Source: Cenococcum geophilum
Lineage: Eukaryota
Direction: 5' to 3'
DNA length: 64,000 nt
NCBI GenBank assembly: GCA_050273025.1
Contig: CP158635.1
Location: forward strand, 10,354,001-10,418,000
The translations under genes were made by a program, and so were the position numbers. Below the pieces are notes generated by a model. The model was not told where the DNA came from and did no database searches. It saw only the letters and a list, made by a program, of their open reading frames with translations. Positions 48,223-63,443 of the stretch are shown piece by piece. Each line of letters starts with the position of its first letter. The first letter of the stretch is position 1.

Positions 48223-51200
48223 ACAATTAGCCGCTATAGCAGCAGAACACGCCTACCACCTACCCAATAAAGAAATAACCATCTCCAATCAAATCTACGG
48301 CATATTATGCCCTAGAACCAATGTATACAGCACAGCTGGAAAGCCTGCGCGACCCTAGGGGGTCGTAGTAGACTTAAAGGGGAGGCGCTATATAGGAAAA
48401 CGCGACACAACAACAAATATAATAAAGGGTGACATAACTATAATAACCAAAGGACACCGACCAGAAATGGCAGAAACTTATAGATATCCTAAAAGACATC
48501 AAGGAAAATCTAGGGAAGGGAGAAGATAAACACCTACGCGTAGGGGTAGCGTGTGCGGCTTAAAAAGCAGGTTAAATCGCCCGGGAACTTTAGATAAAGC
48601 ATAATAGGAACTAGAATATAGTAGAGGATAGGCTTAGGCGCATTAAAGACGCTATAAAAGAGTGGAAACCACTAACAACGCAAGTAGCAAAACTATTATA
48701 GGCTAATATCGCAGCAGGCGTCTAACTAGCGACCCTCCTTCGCCTACCTACGGTAGCACTAGTAAGAGCCACAGTTAGGGTTTATATACTAATAGTAGTA
48801 GGAACGGACCCGGAATAGATCCTTATATTAATCAAAGTATATATACTAAAGGCAGTGGCGGTAAGGGTTTTACGCAGCGGCAATATAGAGGTTACGCTCC
48901 CTAACCAGGAGGTAAAGGACCAGACCCTTACCTAGGGAGACACCCCTAAGTGCAAGATTCTCCGCCAGGATTTCCCAGTTAAAATAATTGGGGTACCTCT
49001 TACTATATAAGTGGAAAGTGGGAAAGGCGCTATAAATATATAGATTATTTAAAGGATTACAAAGGCTACTAAAAAACTAGTCCTAGGGATCACTATAACC
49101 AGAATCGCATAGCTATATAAAAAAAAGCGTATAATATATATAGGGGAGACACCAGGGCCTTAAAGGATTAAAACACGCGGCACCCTAATAATCAACCTAC
49201 TAACCTAAGAAATGTAGGCTATAGTAGCCCGCAAAGGAGTAGTTATAGATAGCCTCTAGTACGAAGCCCGACTATACCACTACGCGGTAGAAGTTTAATA
49301 ATGCTTTAAATGCTAATAGTAGGGGCACACCTAAAGCAGATGCGGGAAGGACGCAAGGTGTAGGATATACGCCAATATATATAACACTAAGGACTGCCGC
49401 AAGGACAAGGGAGATAGATGTATAAACTATAGAAAAGGATACAGAGTATAGCAGAAGACGGCGTATAAAACCTACCAGGTGTACCTAGAAGCTACTATAA
49501 TAAGACGCATTAAACTATACTGGAATATAGCTATAGTACGGGAAAACGCTTATAAGGAGAAGGAGATAAGTAGGGTAAATAACGCAAATAACAGAACCTA
49601 GTTAATCGCACAGTGAAAAAAATCTAGGTTACCTACCCTAATAGAAGCACCCTCTGCCTAACTAGCAGCAAAACGGGCTATAGAACGCTTGTAAGGCAGC
49701 ACTAACGCCGCCAGAGACCCGTCCTAGCAGAGAATCCCAATTATAACAATCCCGGATAGGACGCCCCAGACACAAAGGGAAGGCGCTAGTAAGTTACCAG
49801 ACTAATCACCACTATAAAATTAATAATAATAGTTTAATATAACTGCGGACACTTAAACTACAGAGCTACACGCCCTCTATTTAATAGTCTAGACCTAGAG
49901 GAATACTAGATAATTATAATATAGGAACTAGCATTTAATAAGCAAACCTAAAAAATATACCAACTAAAAGGATACTACCTCCTATATAAACTAGACCTAG
50001 CTACCCGTGCGTACTTCTTAATTAGTAAATACATTAACATATAGGTATAGAGCTACCGCTCTATTAGCCCTAATATAGCTAAACTATAAATAGCTACAGA
50101 GAGGGGCCAAATTAGTATAATTAATGTCTATAACCTAAGTAACAATAGACCCCAGATAACCACGTAGGGCCTACTCTAATAAACCATTAACTTAGCAGAA
50201 GGCGAGATAATAGTCCTAGGGGACTTTAATACACATTATACGGCATAGGGAGGACTATAGGCTACAGTAGAAGCATAAGCGACTTACCTACTTAACGAAC
50301 TAGCAATATAAGACATTATCTTAACTACCTTAACTAGTAAACCTATATAGAAAAGAGGAACCTAAGAGAGTATAATCGACCTTACATTTATATAAGAAGC
50401 GCTCGCAGACCAACTAGGATTCTATAGACCAGAAGATATATAGGCACTAACCGCAAACTATATACCTATACGGATAGCTCTTAATGTCGCTGTCCCAGCG
50501 CTATATACTTACCAGAGATACGCCATCAAAAAACTTAATTAGGAAAAATACTCCCAGGAAATTAATAATAGACTAGTAGTGACCCCTAAAGCAACGCTAG
50601 AGGATATCTAAAGGACCATAAGCAACTGCCTAGAGGAATACTGCCTAAAGGCCAGGCCTAATAAATATGCTCGGCGTAAGTGGTCGCCAGAGGCAGTACA
50701 GCTACTCGCAGGCTTAAGGAGGGCGAGGCGACAGTATAGCGTAATAGGCGAGGCCTACCACTAATAGAGCTACAAGGCCCTAAAGAATAGGCTTAAGAAG
50801 ATAATGCGGAAGGAAAGTAAAAATAGCTGGCGTTAATTCCTAGAGGAAATTACCTTAGATATTACTAAACCATATAACTAAGGCCTCTGGCGCATGTTAA
50901 AGTGGAGTAGAAGAGTAGTTAGTGAAATGCTAGAAGACCCCTATCTACCTATACTCCGCAGGATAGAATAGGATTAATACATAAACGATAACGGGGAAAA
51001 AACGAAAATACTAGTAGAGAGGTTCTTCCCTGGCGTAGTCTAAGCGGACCTATAGAACACTAGCAGTTAAGAAGACCCTATACCTCTAGAGATAAGCCAG
51101 ATAGTTATAATAAAGGAGATAAAGGACGCTATATGGAAGCTCCCTAATAGGAAAGCAGTAGGACTAGATAGGATCCTAAATAAGGCAATTAAAGCTGCAT

Positions 51201-53451
51201 TAGAAGCTCTAATAATACCACTAGCTAATATTGTAACTACCTGCCTATATAAAGGTAAGCTACCAGAATGCTGTAAAGCAACAACTACAGTTGTCCTACG
51301 AAAGGCAAATAAAAAGGACTACTCTCTACCAGGAAGTTACTAACCAATCGCCCTTAAAAACACACTAGGAAAGCTCCTAGAAAAAATAGTCGTAGAGCGC
51401 ATATAAGAAGCCGCAGAAGCATATAAGCTACTACTACGGATATAAATAGGCGTAAGGAAGAAGCGATTAACCCTATTAGCTATCTCCCTAATTACTTCTA
51501 GCGTCTAGGCAGCGTAGCAAGCTAGGCCAGGCTGTGTAGTATTTATACTAAGCCTAGATATAAGCGGAGCCTTTAACCACGTATTACACGAGAGGCTCCT
51601 ATAAATCCTAAGAAAGAAGGGCCTTCTAGAATAGATAATCAAGTTTACCCAATCCTTCTTAATAGGGCGTAATACTAAAATAGTATTTAAGGGATATAAA
51701 AGTGAAATAATACCAACACGTACAGGAATCCCATAGGGATCACCCCTATCGCCAATCCTATTCCTATTCTTTATATCTAAGCTACTAGAGATATTTAACA
51801 ACGACTAGGAAACAATAGCCCTAGGCTTTATAGACGACACAAACCTTATTATATGGGGAAACACAGCAGCAGAAAACTGCACTAGGCTAAATTAGGTATA
51901 TAATAGGTGTATCGCATAGGCAAAATAACATGGTGCCAAATTTGCACCAGACAAATACCAGCTTATCTATTTTATAAGGAAAAGGAGGGTAAATAACGAC
52001 CTAGCGTCGACGGTGAGTATCTAGGGATGCGAAGCAAAGCCGGAAGCCATACTTAAGGTCCTAGGGGTCTAGGTGGACACTAAACTAAACTAAAATACAC
52101 ACATTACAAAGGCGACCACTAAGGGTGCAGTAGTATTTGCAGTAGCATCACGAATTACAGCCTTGACCTGGGGACTATCATTTAGACGTACATAACTACT
52201 ATATACGGCAGTAGTAAGACTAATAATGCTATATAGAGCCCAGATCTAGGGCCTCGGACTAAACGGCAAGCTAATAACAAAAAGCTCCCTAGCGCCACTA
52301 GAAAAACTATAGAACTAATGCCTATATAGAATTACAGGAGCCTATAAGCGGACACCATATGCCGTAATAAAACGCGAAGCAGCAGTACCACCACTTAATA
52401 TCTATATAGACATAACTACTATGTAAAGAGCAGCCATAGTATAAGGACACCCGGTAGAGAAAGATATATACTAAGTACTAGAACGCATACGCAAAGCAAG
52501 GCCTTACTAAAGAGGAGTAAGGTCCTACCAAAGGCGTAACGCGCCTAAGTACACAAGCCAAGAGGCCCTACGCCTATGAGTAGTAAAGAGAGAATAAGAA
52601 ATACGGGAGCTACTATAACACTAAGCAGAGACCCGGCGCCACGCCAGTAGAGCACCGCTACGGCAACAGAGGATAGGAGGCCACTAATATAGGTGGAGAT
52701 TAACTATATATATCGCAAGATGGGCAGATATAGAGTGGAAGTAACGCTAGAAGAAGGCGGCGAAGACATAGAGAGCAGCCACGTAGAACACCCCATAGAC
52801 GACACCGACTTTCCCCCTATATAAGGGACAGATAAAGGCAGAATCTATAGCTGGCTTTCTACTACGGATAAAGGTAATAGGGCTAAACGCATGGCTAGCA
52901 AGCATCCATGTCCTATAAACTATACCACACTATACGTGCGGATGGCCTATACAATTAGTACGCCATGTACTACTCTTTTGCAACCACCATACAGCTAAAG
53001 ACTAGCTATTTGCTAGGGTGGGCACAAATAATATTACCCAAATGCTCTTTACTAGTAGAGGCCTACATGCAACGGCAAAATGGCTAATAAGCTAAGGAGT
53101 CCTCTAGTAATTCTAAACAGCATACAAGATCCAACAGGAGGATACTAGAGGATACGCCCCCTTCTAGCCCCTTAGGGACTGGACACCCCCGCCTAGTTAA
53201 AGGCGACACGCAGGCGAACCACCCAACCCTCCTACTACCCCCTAGATCTTCTAAGATACCCTAGAAGTATAGTATAAAAGGCAAATAAACTACAAAGATA
53301 TATAGGCTAGGCGAAGGTGGAGCGCGTAAGACTAGCTAAAAGGATACACCTAGGTTTTCCCCTAATTAGGGATTTTTCCTATATAGAAGGTAGAAGCCTG
53401 TATGGACCTAGAATAGGGACCGAATCGGGCGATAAATAGAATTAATAATAA
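48223..53451 (+). mobile_element. Full-length Tad1-like LINE, RIPed
   Basis: ORF1 with CCHC knuckles (~49300-49440). ORF2 with endonuclease (INVYN, LGDFN, IDLT) and RT (GIP*GSPLSPILF, GFIDDTN at ~51823). (TAA)n tail; 15-bp TSD tattatatccttaag at 48208-48222 and 53452-53466. Confidence 0.93.
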
Positions 53452-53667
53452 TATTATATCCTTAAGTTATTTCCTTATAGAATTCTTCTATAAATTGCTC
53501 TGCTATACTTCTTAGGATATACTTTACTTCTTAATTTTTATATATATCCGTCTATAGATCTTCTAGGTATACTTTTAGAATTTTTTATACCTAAAAGCTT
53601 TTTAGTAACTTATAAACTCTCTCTAGTTCTTCCTAAGTTGCTAAAATTTTTAGATAATTATACCTAA

Positions 53668-53748
53668 GTGTAATATGAGCTTTTCCCATAGGAATTAGTC
53701 TGCGTGGACCTATTAGGGGGATCGGGTCGGACGGTAAATTGAATTTAC
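53668..53748 (+). mobile_element. Extremely 5'-truncated LINE 3' end
   Basis: Resembles the 3' end of the adjacent LINE (tggaccta...ggga.cg..tcgg.cg.taaat.gaatt); 13-bp TSD taattatacctaa at 53655-53667 and 53749-53761. Confidence 0.7.
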
Positions 53749-53900
53749 TAATTATACCTAATTAATCTGTTTATATCTTTTCGTAGTAAAGCCCCTAATA
53801 GCTTCTTATTATTTTATAGTTTAGCCTTTTAACTTAGAGTATCTACTTATATATTATCTATACCCTTAGTATACTAAATCTTAAAATAGTATTCTATAAG

Positions 53901-56900
53901 TGTAGCTAAAAGCGTTAGACATATCGCGAGGACGGCCAATGCGCTAGTGGTAAGCGAACTAATAGTATAATGGCAGAATATGGCAGAATATGGCAGGATA
54001 CGGCCAACACGCTAGTGGTAAGCGAGCTAATGGCGAGGTAGCAGAATATAGTAAAATATGGCAGGACGCGCCTAATATATATATGTGACACGCGTTGCAA
54101 GTAGAAAAATAATAATCCACTAATAATACCGCATAGTATATATTATTGTGATATATATATTCTATATATTATTAAAGCATACTAATACTAATTAGTAAGC
54201 GCGTATAGATTAGGAAATATATATTAGTTTAGAAGACGTCTAACGCTCCACCTTATAACGGCCTTATTTTAGTTAAAGAAAGTACTAAGGATAATCTGGA
54301 AGCTTAATAGCTTGCTATTACCTATAGACCCTTATTACTGCTAAGAATTAAATAATATACTCTAGATTTGGAAGGATATTGCTTCCCACCTTATTAAAAG
54401 TTAAGTTTTTAACAACTTGTGTTAACTACCCTTTCTCCCTCCTTACGAATACTATAAACACTCTTTCTTTATAAACACCGACACCCTCTATTAACAACCT
54501 CTTTATAACTAGATAAGATGGCTATACCTATAGACTAGAAGGTAGAAGTAGAGCGATAGAAGAATAGAATTGATATATAAACTGCGACTAACGATAATAT
54601 TACAGACTATATTTAGTTTAAGACATAGGAATATAATAACGATAACTCTGTTAATAGCGCTTTATAGGACTACTTTTAAGAAGACTTTAAAGAGTTTATT
54701 ATGGATATATTCTCTTAAGCTAGTACTAAAACCCTTAAGAATCTTTTCCTCCTTCTTTATAAAGGAGGAGTATACATATATAAGAATGATAAACGTACTA
54801 AGCTTATATAAGTTTTGGCTAATATACTACTTAAAGAAACTTAATATAAATAGAGCTAAGAAGAATTTAATAAAGCCTATAAGGAGTAATTTGATAGCAC
54901 CTTTAAGTCTAATATACTCACTAACGTATTTATACGCGGCTTAAAATATAAGACTGTATAAACCCTTATACCTTAATTAATACCTAAAAGCATACCTGTA
55001 ATAACTTTACTAATGTCTTAAACAACTCCGCCTCTAAGTCTACTACTTTTACCTCTATAGGCCATAACACCTGCTACCACTATACCCGTTGCTATAGCAC
55101 CTACTTCTATACTAGGGTATGGAAAGGAACTAGTAAATGCAGCTAAGTTATATACGGACGACTAGAAATATAGTAGTACTAGCGGAAACTTTGACTTTAA
55201 GTTAATAATCTTCTATAATATCTGTAATAGAGCAGACGTTCTACCTAATGCCTACCTTAAGGCTCTCCTACTTATGCTATAAGGCCTAGCTTTGGATTAC
55301 TACTACAATGCTAGACTTACTATACTTACGTTTAAGGACGCTTGTAAGTTACTTTATAGCTTCTTTAGAGGACCTAGTTCTAAACGCAAAAGCCTTAATA
55401 AATGGAATTTAATATTACTATAGATAGTTATGCAAAAGAATGCGGACAAATTAACTAGTTAATGTCTTTAGATACTGGTTACTGAGCTCTCTTAACTATA
55501 GTATGGACTGAATTCAGAACTATAAGGAGTCCTATTCCTCTATAATAAGCTTATTATATTTTATTAGGGGATTCCCGTATATTAAATTACTGTATTAGAT
55601 CCACTAGATAAACTAGGCCCCCTTATTAATAAACTATAATCCTTAATTACGGCTTATAAAAAGCAGAACTTAAAATAAGTTTAAGCCTATTATATAGACC
55701 GCCGATACCTTAGGAGGAGAGACAACTATAACTAAAATCGCAATTATAATTAACCTCGATTCCCTCCTTAATATAAACTACGTTGCTTTATATATAATAA
55801 GGAGGACTGTTACTTATAGAAGTATAGTAAGGAAGAATAAGAAGAGGCGAAGGCTTAGTTTAGAAGTATTAATAAGGATAAGTTTAATAATCGCTTTACT
55901 TAACGCCTTAATTAATATATTGCCGACTATAAGGATAATAATGGTATTAACTTAGAAGAAGAGCTTAAAGAAGTCTTTTATATACTAACTATTAATATAA
56001 GTACTAAGATAGTTAACCAGAATAATTAGTTGCATATTAATTACTTCTATATATCCTTTAGTTAAGTTAAGTAATAGGAAGTAACTCTTATGGCTACTAA
56101 CCTAGCAAATAAGGCCTTTAGTTATTTAGTTATAACTATAGATAGCGTAACTCCTTTTATATAAATACCTCTCGTAACTAACGAAGACCTATTTACTTAT
56201 AACATAACCACGTCCCGCTATACTATAGACCGCTTTTTAGGTATTATAATTAATATAGGAGCCTCTAAACGCTCTATAGTAGGATATAGTTAGTTTTTGG
56301 TATTTTAAAGACTTAATACTAATGTACAACTTGATATAACTATATAAGGCATAGTTAACGTATAATTTAGTATTAGATTAACCTTATTAATTAAATTAGC
56401 TAAAGTGGCTACCCTTATTAGCATAATCGAGTTTTATATTATTAAGGTTAATACCCTATTTTTACTTTACTTAGCAGATATAGACTACCTATAAGTATAT
56501 TTTAATAACTTAAAGAACTTACTGGTTATATCTCGTAGTATAGTACCAGTTGTATATTATTTCGGCCACCCTTTCCTACTTTAAAATATATCCCTATATA
56601 CTTATTTAACTAAGTTATTTAAGTAAAACCCTTGCTACTTAACCGATGTGGAACTAAAACGACTATATCGCCGTTTTAGCCACCCTTTAGTTAAGCGCCT
56701 TACGCGAGTACTTAAGCGCTTAGGATATAACGTCAATAGTAAGACCTTAAACTATCTTATACGCTACTACTATTATTATTAAAAATATAGAAAATTACCC
56801 GGTAGATTTAGATTTATAATATATAATAATGTTAATTTTAACTACTTAATTATAGTTAACATTATGTATATTAACGGCGCACCCCTTCTATATATTATTA

Positions 56901-59756
56901 ATAAAGGAATATAATTTTAAGCTAGTAGATAGCTATAAAGCATTAGCGCCAAATATATATAGGATATACTACAAATATGCTAAATTAATATATATTTGGG
57001 ACCTCCTAATATAATTACATATAATACAGGCAAGAACTTTATAAGTAAGGAATTTAAGCAATATACTATAATATTTAGAACGATTATAAAAAGCGTACCC
57101 GTTAAAGCCTATAACTTAATTAGAATGGTAGAACGCTATTACAGTCCCCTTTGCTGTATATACCGTATTATTACCACAGAACTACTGGACATTAATAAAG
57201 ATATGGCTCTATAAATGGCTTTTAAGGCAATTAATGATTTAGTAGGCCCTAACGGCCTTATACCCATTTTGCTAGTATTTGGAGCTTACCCGCGTATAGT
57301 GGAATCTAATATACCTAACCCTATAGTTACATAATAAGCTATAGCCCTTAGGAAAGCTATAAAAGAAGTTAAGAAGATTAGAGCCAAATGTTAAGTAGTA
57401 AATACTCTTAATATGCGCAACGGCCCTAAAATAACTGTAATTTACGACCTACTACTTAACTTACTTGTACTGGTATGGAGAGAAGGACCTATAGGCCAGC
57501 CTAGTTTCTAGTTAGGTCCCTATAATCTACTTAGTATTAATAATAAGACCTATACTATATAACTCTTTTACGGCCCTATTAACTTTTATAGTATAGTTAT
57601 AAAACTATACTTATAAGAACCTAGAGATATAGAGGATGTATAACCTAATAACAAGAACAAACTACCTTAGTTAATTGTGGAACTACCTTAGGAACCTTAA
57701 CTAGTTAAGCAAGGACGAGGCAGACTACGTAAGTATCCTATTATAGTTAATACTATAAATATATCTATATACTTATAAGATGAGAATAAAACTAATAGTT
57801 AGTTTATAGCCTTATAATAGAAAGAGGTTAAAGGACTACTTAAGAAAGGAGTCTTTAAATTGGTTAATATTAAGGACGTACCTTAAGGCAATAGAGTATT
57901 TAACTCTAGATTTGTTAATGAAATTAAGAATCCTAGTACTAATAAGGCCTTTAAGAAATTAAGACTAGTTATATAGGCCTATAACGACCTAGAAAAAGAC
58001 CTTATACTAACCCAATTACCTATAATTTAATAAGTTAGCTAACGCCTTATTCTCTATATTACGGCTATAACCTAGACTAATAATATATACCTTTACTTAC
58101 GAGATATCTTATAAGCCTATATTTAGTTAATTATAAAACTAAATTAAGACTTCTATATCTAAGCACCTCTTAAACTTGGTATAGCACTTAAAGTCTTATA
58201 AGGCATAATCCTTAAGGTCGTTAGACCTTTATATAGTATCCTAGAAGTAGGCAATTATTGGTTTAAGATCTATTATAACTACTATACTAAGGAGTTAAAT
58301 ATAAACTAATCCACTTATAACCCCTGCTTACTCTACCTTAATAATTCTATAAGCTTTAGAATAGTTAGCCTTTAGACTAATAATACCCTCTTCTTAGCTA
58401 ATTTGGTTTTTGTAGCTTTAGAACAAGAAAAGATTAAGAAAGCGAAGTTTTTAACTAAGGAACGTAAGTACCTTATACTAGAGCACTTAATTAAGTTTAA
58501 TAGAGGCATTATTTAATAATAGGACTATATAATTATACTTATATAGGAGCGCCAATACTAGAACCTAACCCTTATTAATATTAAGGAAGCTATTATAATA
58601 ACTAGCTCCAGAGGTATTATTTGTATAGTATTTATACCTAAGGACTAATACGTTGCCTAATAAGCAAGAGGAGCTTATATTACGTCTATATGCCAGCCTA
58701 AAGCTTTTTTTAATTTATCCTACGCTGCCTAGGTAATTAACCCTAATAAGAAAGACATAAAACTACTTAATAAGAGAATTTAGTAGCAAATTAAAAACTT
58801 AATAAGAGGTTTAGGCTTTATTAAACTTAATATAAAGACACTTTAACTGCTTATATTTACCAATTCCTTATTTATAAATAATAAGGACCTCTTATTACAA
58901 ATTGGATATATCTTAGTACTAGCAGACTTATTAAATAAGGCGAACATCGTCTACTAGTCCTTAGTTAAGTGTAAGAGAGTCACTAGAAGCGTACTAGCCT
59001 CTAAATTATATACTATGGCCTATAGTTTTAACATCAGCGCTGTAATTAAGGCTATAGTTAAACTATAACTTAATATTAGCCTACCACTTATCCTTTGCAC
59101 CAATTTTAAGTTAATCTATAAATGCCTTATTAAGCTAGGAACAACACAGGAGAAGAGACTTATAATTAATATTATGTGCCTACGCCAGTTATATAAAAGA
59201 CGTAAAATAGCTAAAGTTAAGTGGATTAATGGAGATAATAACCTTATAGACGCTATAACTAAAAGCAAACCGTTATTAGCCCTTAAGCGACTTATTAATA
59301 TAAACCGAATTAAGTTGGAGATAGTAGAATGGGTAGAACGTTCTACCAATAATAGTATTAATTTAGAGGCATAGGGCAGGGAAGGAAGAGAGGAGAAGTG
59401 TGTATATGGATTTCTTGGACTACATAGTTATAGCCTACTAGTTCTTTATATTTTCTAAAGTACTTCTAGTATAGCTAGAAGCGTTAGATATATCGCAAGG
59501 ACGGCTAACGCGCTAGTGGTAAGCGAACTAATAGTATAATAGTAGAATATGGTAGAATATGGCAGGACACGGCTAACACGCTAATGGTAAGTGAGCTAAT
59601 AGTAAGGTGGCAGAACATAGCAGAACATAGCAGGACGCGCCTAATATATATATGTGACGCGCGTTATAAGTAGAAAAACAATAATCTACTAATAACACCG
59701 TATAGTACATATTATTGTAATATATGTATTCTGCACGTTGTTAAAGCATACTAACA
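53901..59756 (+). mobile_element. Full-length Ty1/Copia LTR retrotransposon, RIPed
   Basis: 287-bp LTRs at 53901-54187 and 59470-59756; TSD ataag. Domain order is protease (IIINIGAS), LYRRFSHP, integrase, RT (KLRLVI*AYND, LYSILEVGNYWF, L*TNNTL), RNase H (IDAITK). Confidence 0.93.
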
Positions 59757-62368
59757 ATAAGTATCTCTACCTATTTAACCTATCTTTAGTTAAGTTCCTT
59801 TATTATTAAAAATCCTATTAGGTTCTTATAATCCGTTTTAACTATAAATAATTTCTCTATACCTTATAAGAATACTCTTTATTTCTTTAGTACTATAACT
59901 ATACCTAATAACTCCTTATTATAGATGTTATAGTTTAACTCTAGTAGTATTATTTTTTAACTATAATATGCCACTAGGTGCTATTTATCTTAATATTTCT
60001 ATATAAAGCACGCCCCTAGTATATAGTCTAATATATTTATTTCTATAACCGTTTTTAATCCTAGTTAATAGATTTTAAGAACTGGCTCCTAGGTAAATAG
60101 TTCCTTAACTTTTTTAAATAATTCTTATTACTCATTTCCCTATACCTATAGTTCTTCTTTTTTTATTAATTACGTAAATAGCTTAATATCCTTTAACTAC
60201 TGCGCTATAAACCGTTTACAGTAATTACAAAACCCTAAAAATAATCTTAATTATATAACATTCTCTAGTTCTTACTAATTTACTATAGTCTTAATCTTCT
60301 TTAGATCTATATTAAGTTAGCCTAGTTTAATAATAAATTTAATAAAATTAGTCTTCTTAGTAAAGAACTCGTATTTCTTAATTGCTACTAGCATCTATTC
60401 TTCTTATAGTCTCTTTAAGACCTATTTAATGTGTTTTCTATACTCTTCCTTAGTTATTAAATAGATAATAATAATATTAAGATATACTATAACAAATTTA
60501 TCTAAGTATTCTCCTAATATATTATTAATACGCTTTTAGAACGTCGCTAGTGCGTTTATAAGCCCGAATTATATAATTAATAGTTTATATAGTCCTTCCT
60601 TTAACCTAAAGGCTGCCTTCTATTTATTGCCTTTCTTAATCCTAATCTAATAGTACGCCTATCTTAGATCTATCTTTATAAAGATTTGCGCATTACCTAT
60701 CCTTTTTAGTAATGCTGTTTAACTATTTATAGTTAATGCACAGTCTTAGTTTGCCATTCTTCTTTAGTATAAATAGTACTAGATAACCTACTAATAACTG
60801 CGATAGTCTAATATATCCCTTTTATAAGTTTTTCTAGATAAACTCTTTTAACGCTCTACCTTCTTCTTTAATAAGCTTATAGATTGGAAAAAATCTTAAA
60901 CTTATTTCTGGTTTTAATTCTATCTTATAGTTCTATACTATATACTTTAACAGCTTTTTACTTTCTAGTAACTATAGTTTCTTACCATATTTATAGTATC
61001 TTTTTAGTATATAGCTTAGTCCCCTTTCTGTTTCTTTATAGGTTGCTCCTACTTAGTACTATACTAACTTAGCTTACTATTATATCTTATAGCGTTAAGT
61101 ATTTTTAATATTAACCTAACCTATAACCTAATTAATTCTTAAATTATATTCCTATAACTAAGGCATTCTTAGTACTGCCTTATCCCGTCCTAATAGTAGG
61201 ATATTAAAAGATATCTTAATTTGTCTCCCTTTAATAGTTAGCTAAATAGGTCCTATTTCCAGATTAATAATACCTCCTCTATAGGCTATTAGATCTCCTA
61301 AAATTATAACTAATAGGTAAAGTTATTCCTTCTATTTATAAGGTAGTTCTATTCTCTTAACTACTACTAGTAAGATATAGTTTCGCGTTGCTCTACTATC
61401 TATTAGCGCTTTAAACTATTAATCTTACTATTTAACTTATAAATTTAGGTGTTGTTCTTAAATTCCTTTAAGGGTTTAAGGCTCTACTACTAGTTCCCTT
61501 TAGTTTTATAGGCCTCTGCTTTTCCTAACTATTAGCTACTTAATCCTATTTATATTTAGCCCTCTTTTAGCTAATACTTAATTTATTTTTTATCTTTAAT
61601 ATACTATAAATACGTATTCTCTAGGTATTTCTATTACTATTATCCGTTTAAGTATTCTTCTATAAGGAATCTTTCTAGTTAAAGTATTAAGTCCCCTAAC
61701 TCTTAAACTTCTACTAGGTGCCAACTATATATATACTTAATATTTCTATATTTCGCCTTATCTAATAACTAATATATCCTTACTAGGTACTTTCGGTTCT
61801 TATCTTTTAGTACTCTATATATATTGCACGCATTATTTACGTATACAATCTATACTAATATATAGTATACTTAGTATTTTAGGTTAACTCTTAGCTCGTC
61901 TTTATCCTTAAGTTTAAACCTCTCTTATATTAATCTAAGTGTTATAACTTCGTTCGCAGGTACTATAATTTATCTCTTACTTTTCTAGTCCTCTAATTAC
62001 TCCTCTAGATTTTTTAATATTATAATTAAGGCTCCTTTAATATAACTTATAGCCTTTTCTATAATTAGGTGGTTTTAGATAACTTTCTTATCTAACTATA
62101 TATAGAAATCTTCCTACTTATTGTTATGTCGTTGCTTATACCACTTTTAGTATAGCCTTTTAAGTATATATAGCTTATCCGTAAGGAAGTATCTTTTTAT
62201 TACTGCGTTATAATAGCCCTTTATATATTATTTTTTTAAACCTAATAGGGATTCCTAGATCCTCTTTATTCTCCAGTTTAGTAAGCTACTTAGCTCTTAA
62301 TATGCCTGCCCTAGGCCTATTAGTAATTCTTTATACTAGTGCTCTATCCCTTATACGTCCTAATATAT

Positions 62369-63443
62369 AAAAATGTCTATTCAAAGCGAAGTCACGCCTT
62401 CCCTCCGAACAGCAACATCAATATCTATCACAATCAGCCTTTTGGCTTTTCGCTTTGAAATAAGGCTTATTTGATAGAGATTTTGTTGTTCATTCGTCTT
62501 ATAGCCTTGATAATGCTATGCCGTACGGCGTTGTGTTGTCGTCGCGATAAAACGTCTTACCCCTGGAGGATCGCGAAGTTTCGCGTCGCGTCTTTCCACA
62601 GCTGATAAGTAGTCTTTCCTGATAATTTTTCCCATAGGGTTTTTCAACAGGTTTTGAATTGACGCTTTCCAGCTTCCTTCTCCTATCGTCGTCGTCGTTA
62701 ATAGCCTTCGATATTACCTACCCGAACGGTTATTAATGATACTCTATGGGCGCAAAGAGACGACATATATTCCTACTCCTATATTGGTTATTAGGCGCAG
62801 GCCTTATACCGCTAGGTTTGTCGTTAATAGCCTTTGATATTACCTAGGTTCTGGGTTACCCAAATGGTCTTTTAACAATACCCTACGGGCGCAAAAAAAG
62901 ACGAGATATATTCCTACTTCTATATTGGTTGTGGGGCAGGCCTCGTACCGCTAGCTTCTAACGGTACGCGTTGTTTGGGGCAATAAGTATGTAATCATCT
63001 ACCACTGCTTAAGATAGTAGGGAACCTACTATGCAATACAGCAGGCTGAGATGATTACCCTCTCCTTGGGCCTACACCCCCCAATACAATACACTATTCA
63101 GAATATATCTCTATCTCTGCGAGCAAGTGAATAGATAAAAATGTCTATTTAAAGCGAAGTCATGCCTTCCCTCCGAACAGCAACATCAATATCTATCACA
63201 ATTAGCCTTTCGGCTTTTCGCTTTCCCACCCTCCACCCTATAGATAGATTTTGCAGCCTCTTAGGCTTGCGGTAGGCCCGAGGGGGGCAATAAGTGTGTA
63301 ATCATCTACCACTGCTTGAGATAGTAGGGAACCTACTATGCAATACAGCAGGCTGAGGTAATTACCCTCTCCTTAGGCCTATACCCCCCAATATAATACA
63401 CTATTTAGAATATATCTCTATCTCTGCGAGTAAGTAAATAGAT
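62369..63443 (+). mobile_element. Non-autonomous element with split direct repeats A...B-A'-B' (Ngaro/PAT-like layout)
   Basis: A at 62369-62456 and 63137-63224; B at 62977-63136 and 63284-63443; no long ORF; only lightly RIPed; inserted in the Gypsy. Confidence 0.7.

Noticed and set aside
51505..51801. Minus-strand ORF
   Set aside because: Antisense to the LINE reverse transcriptase.
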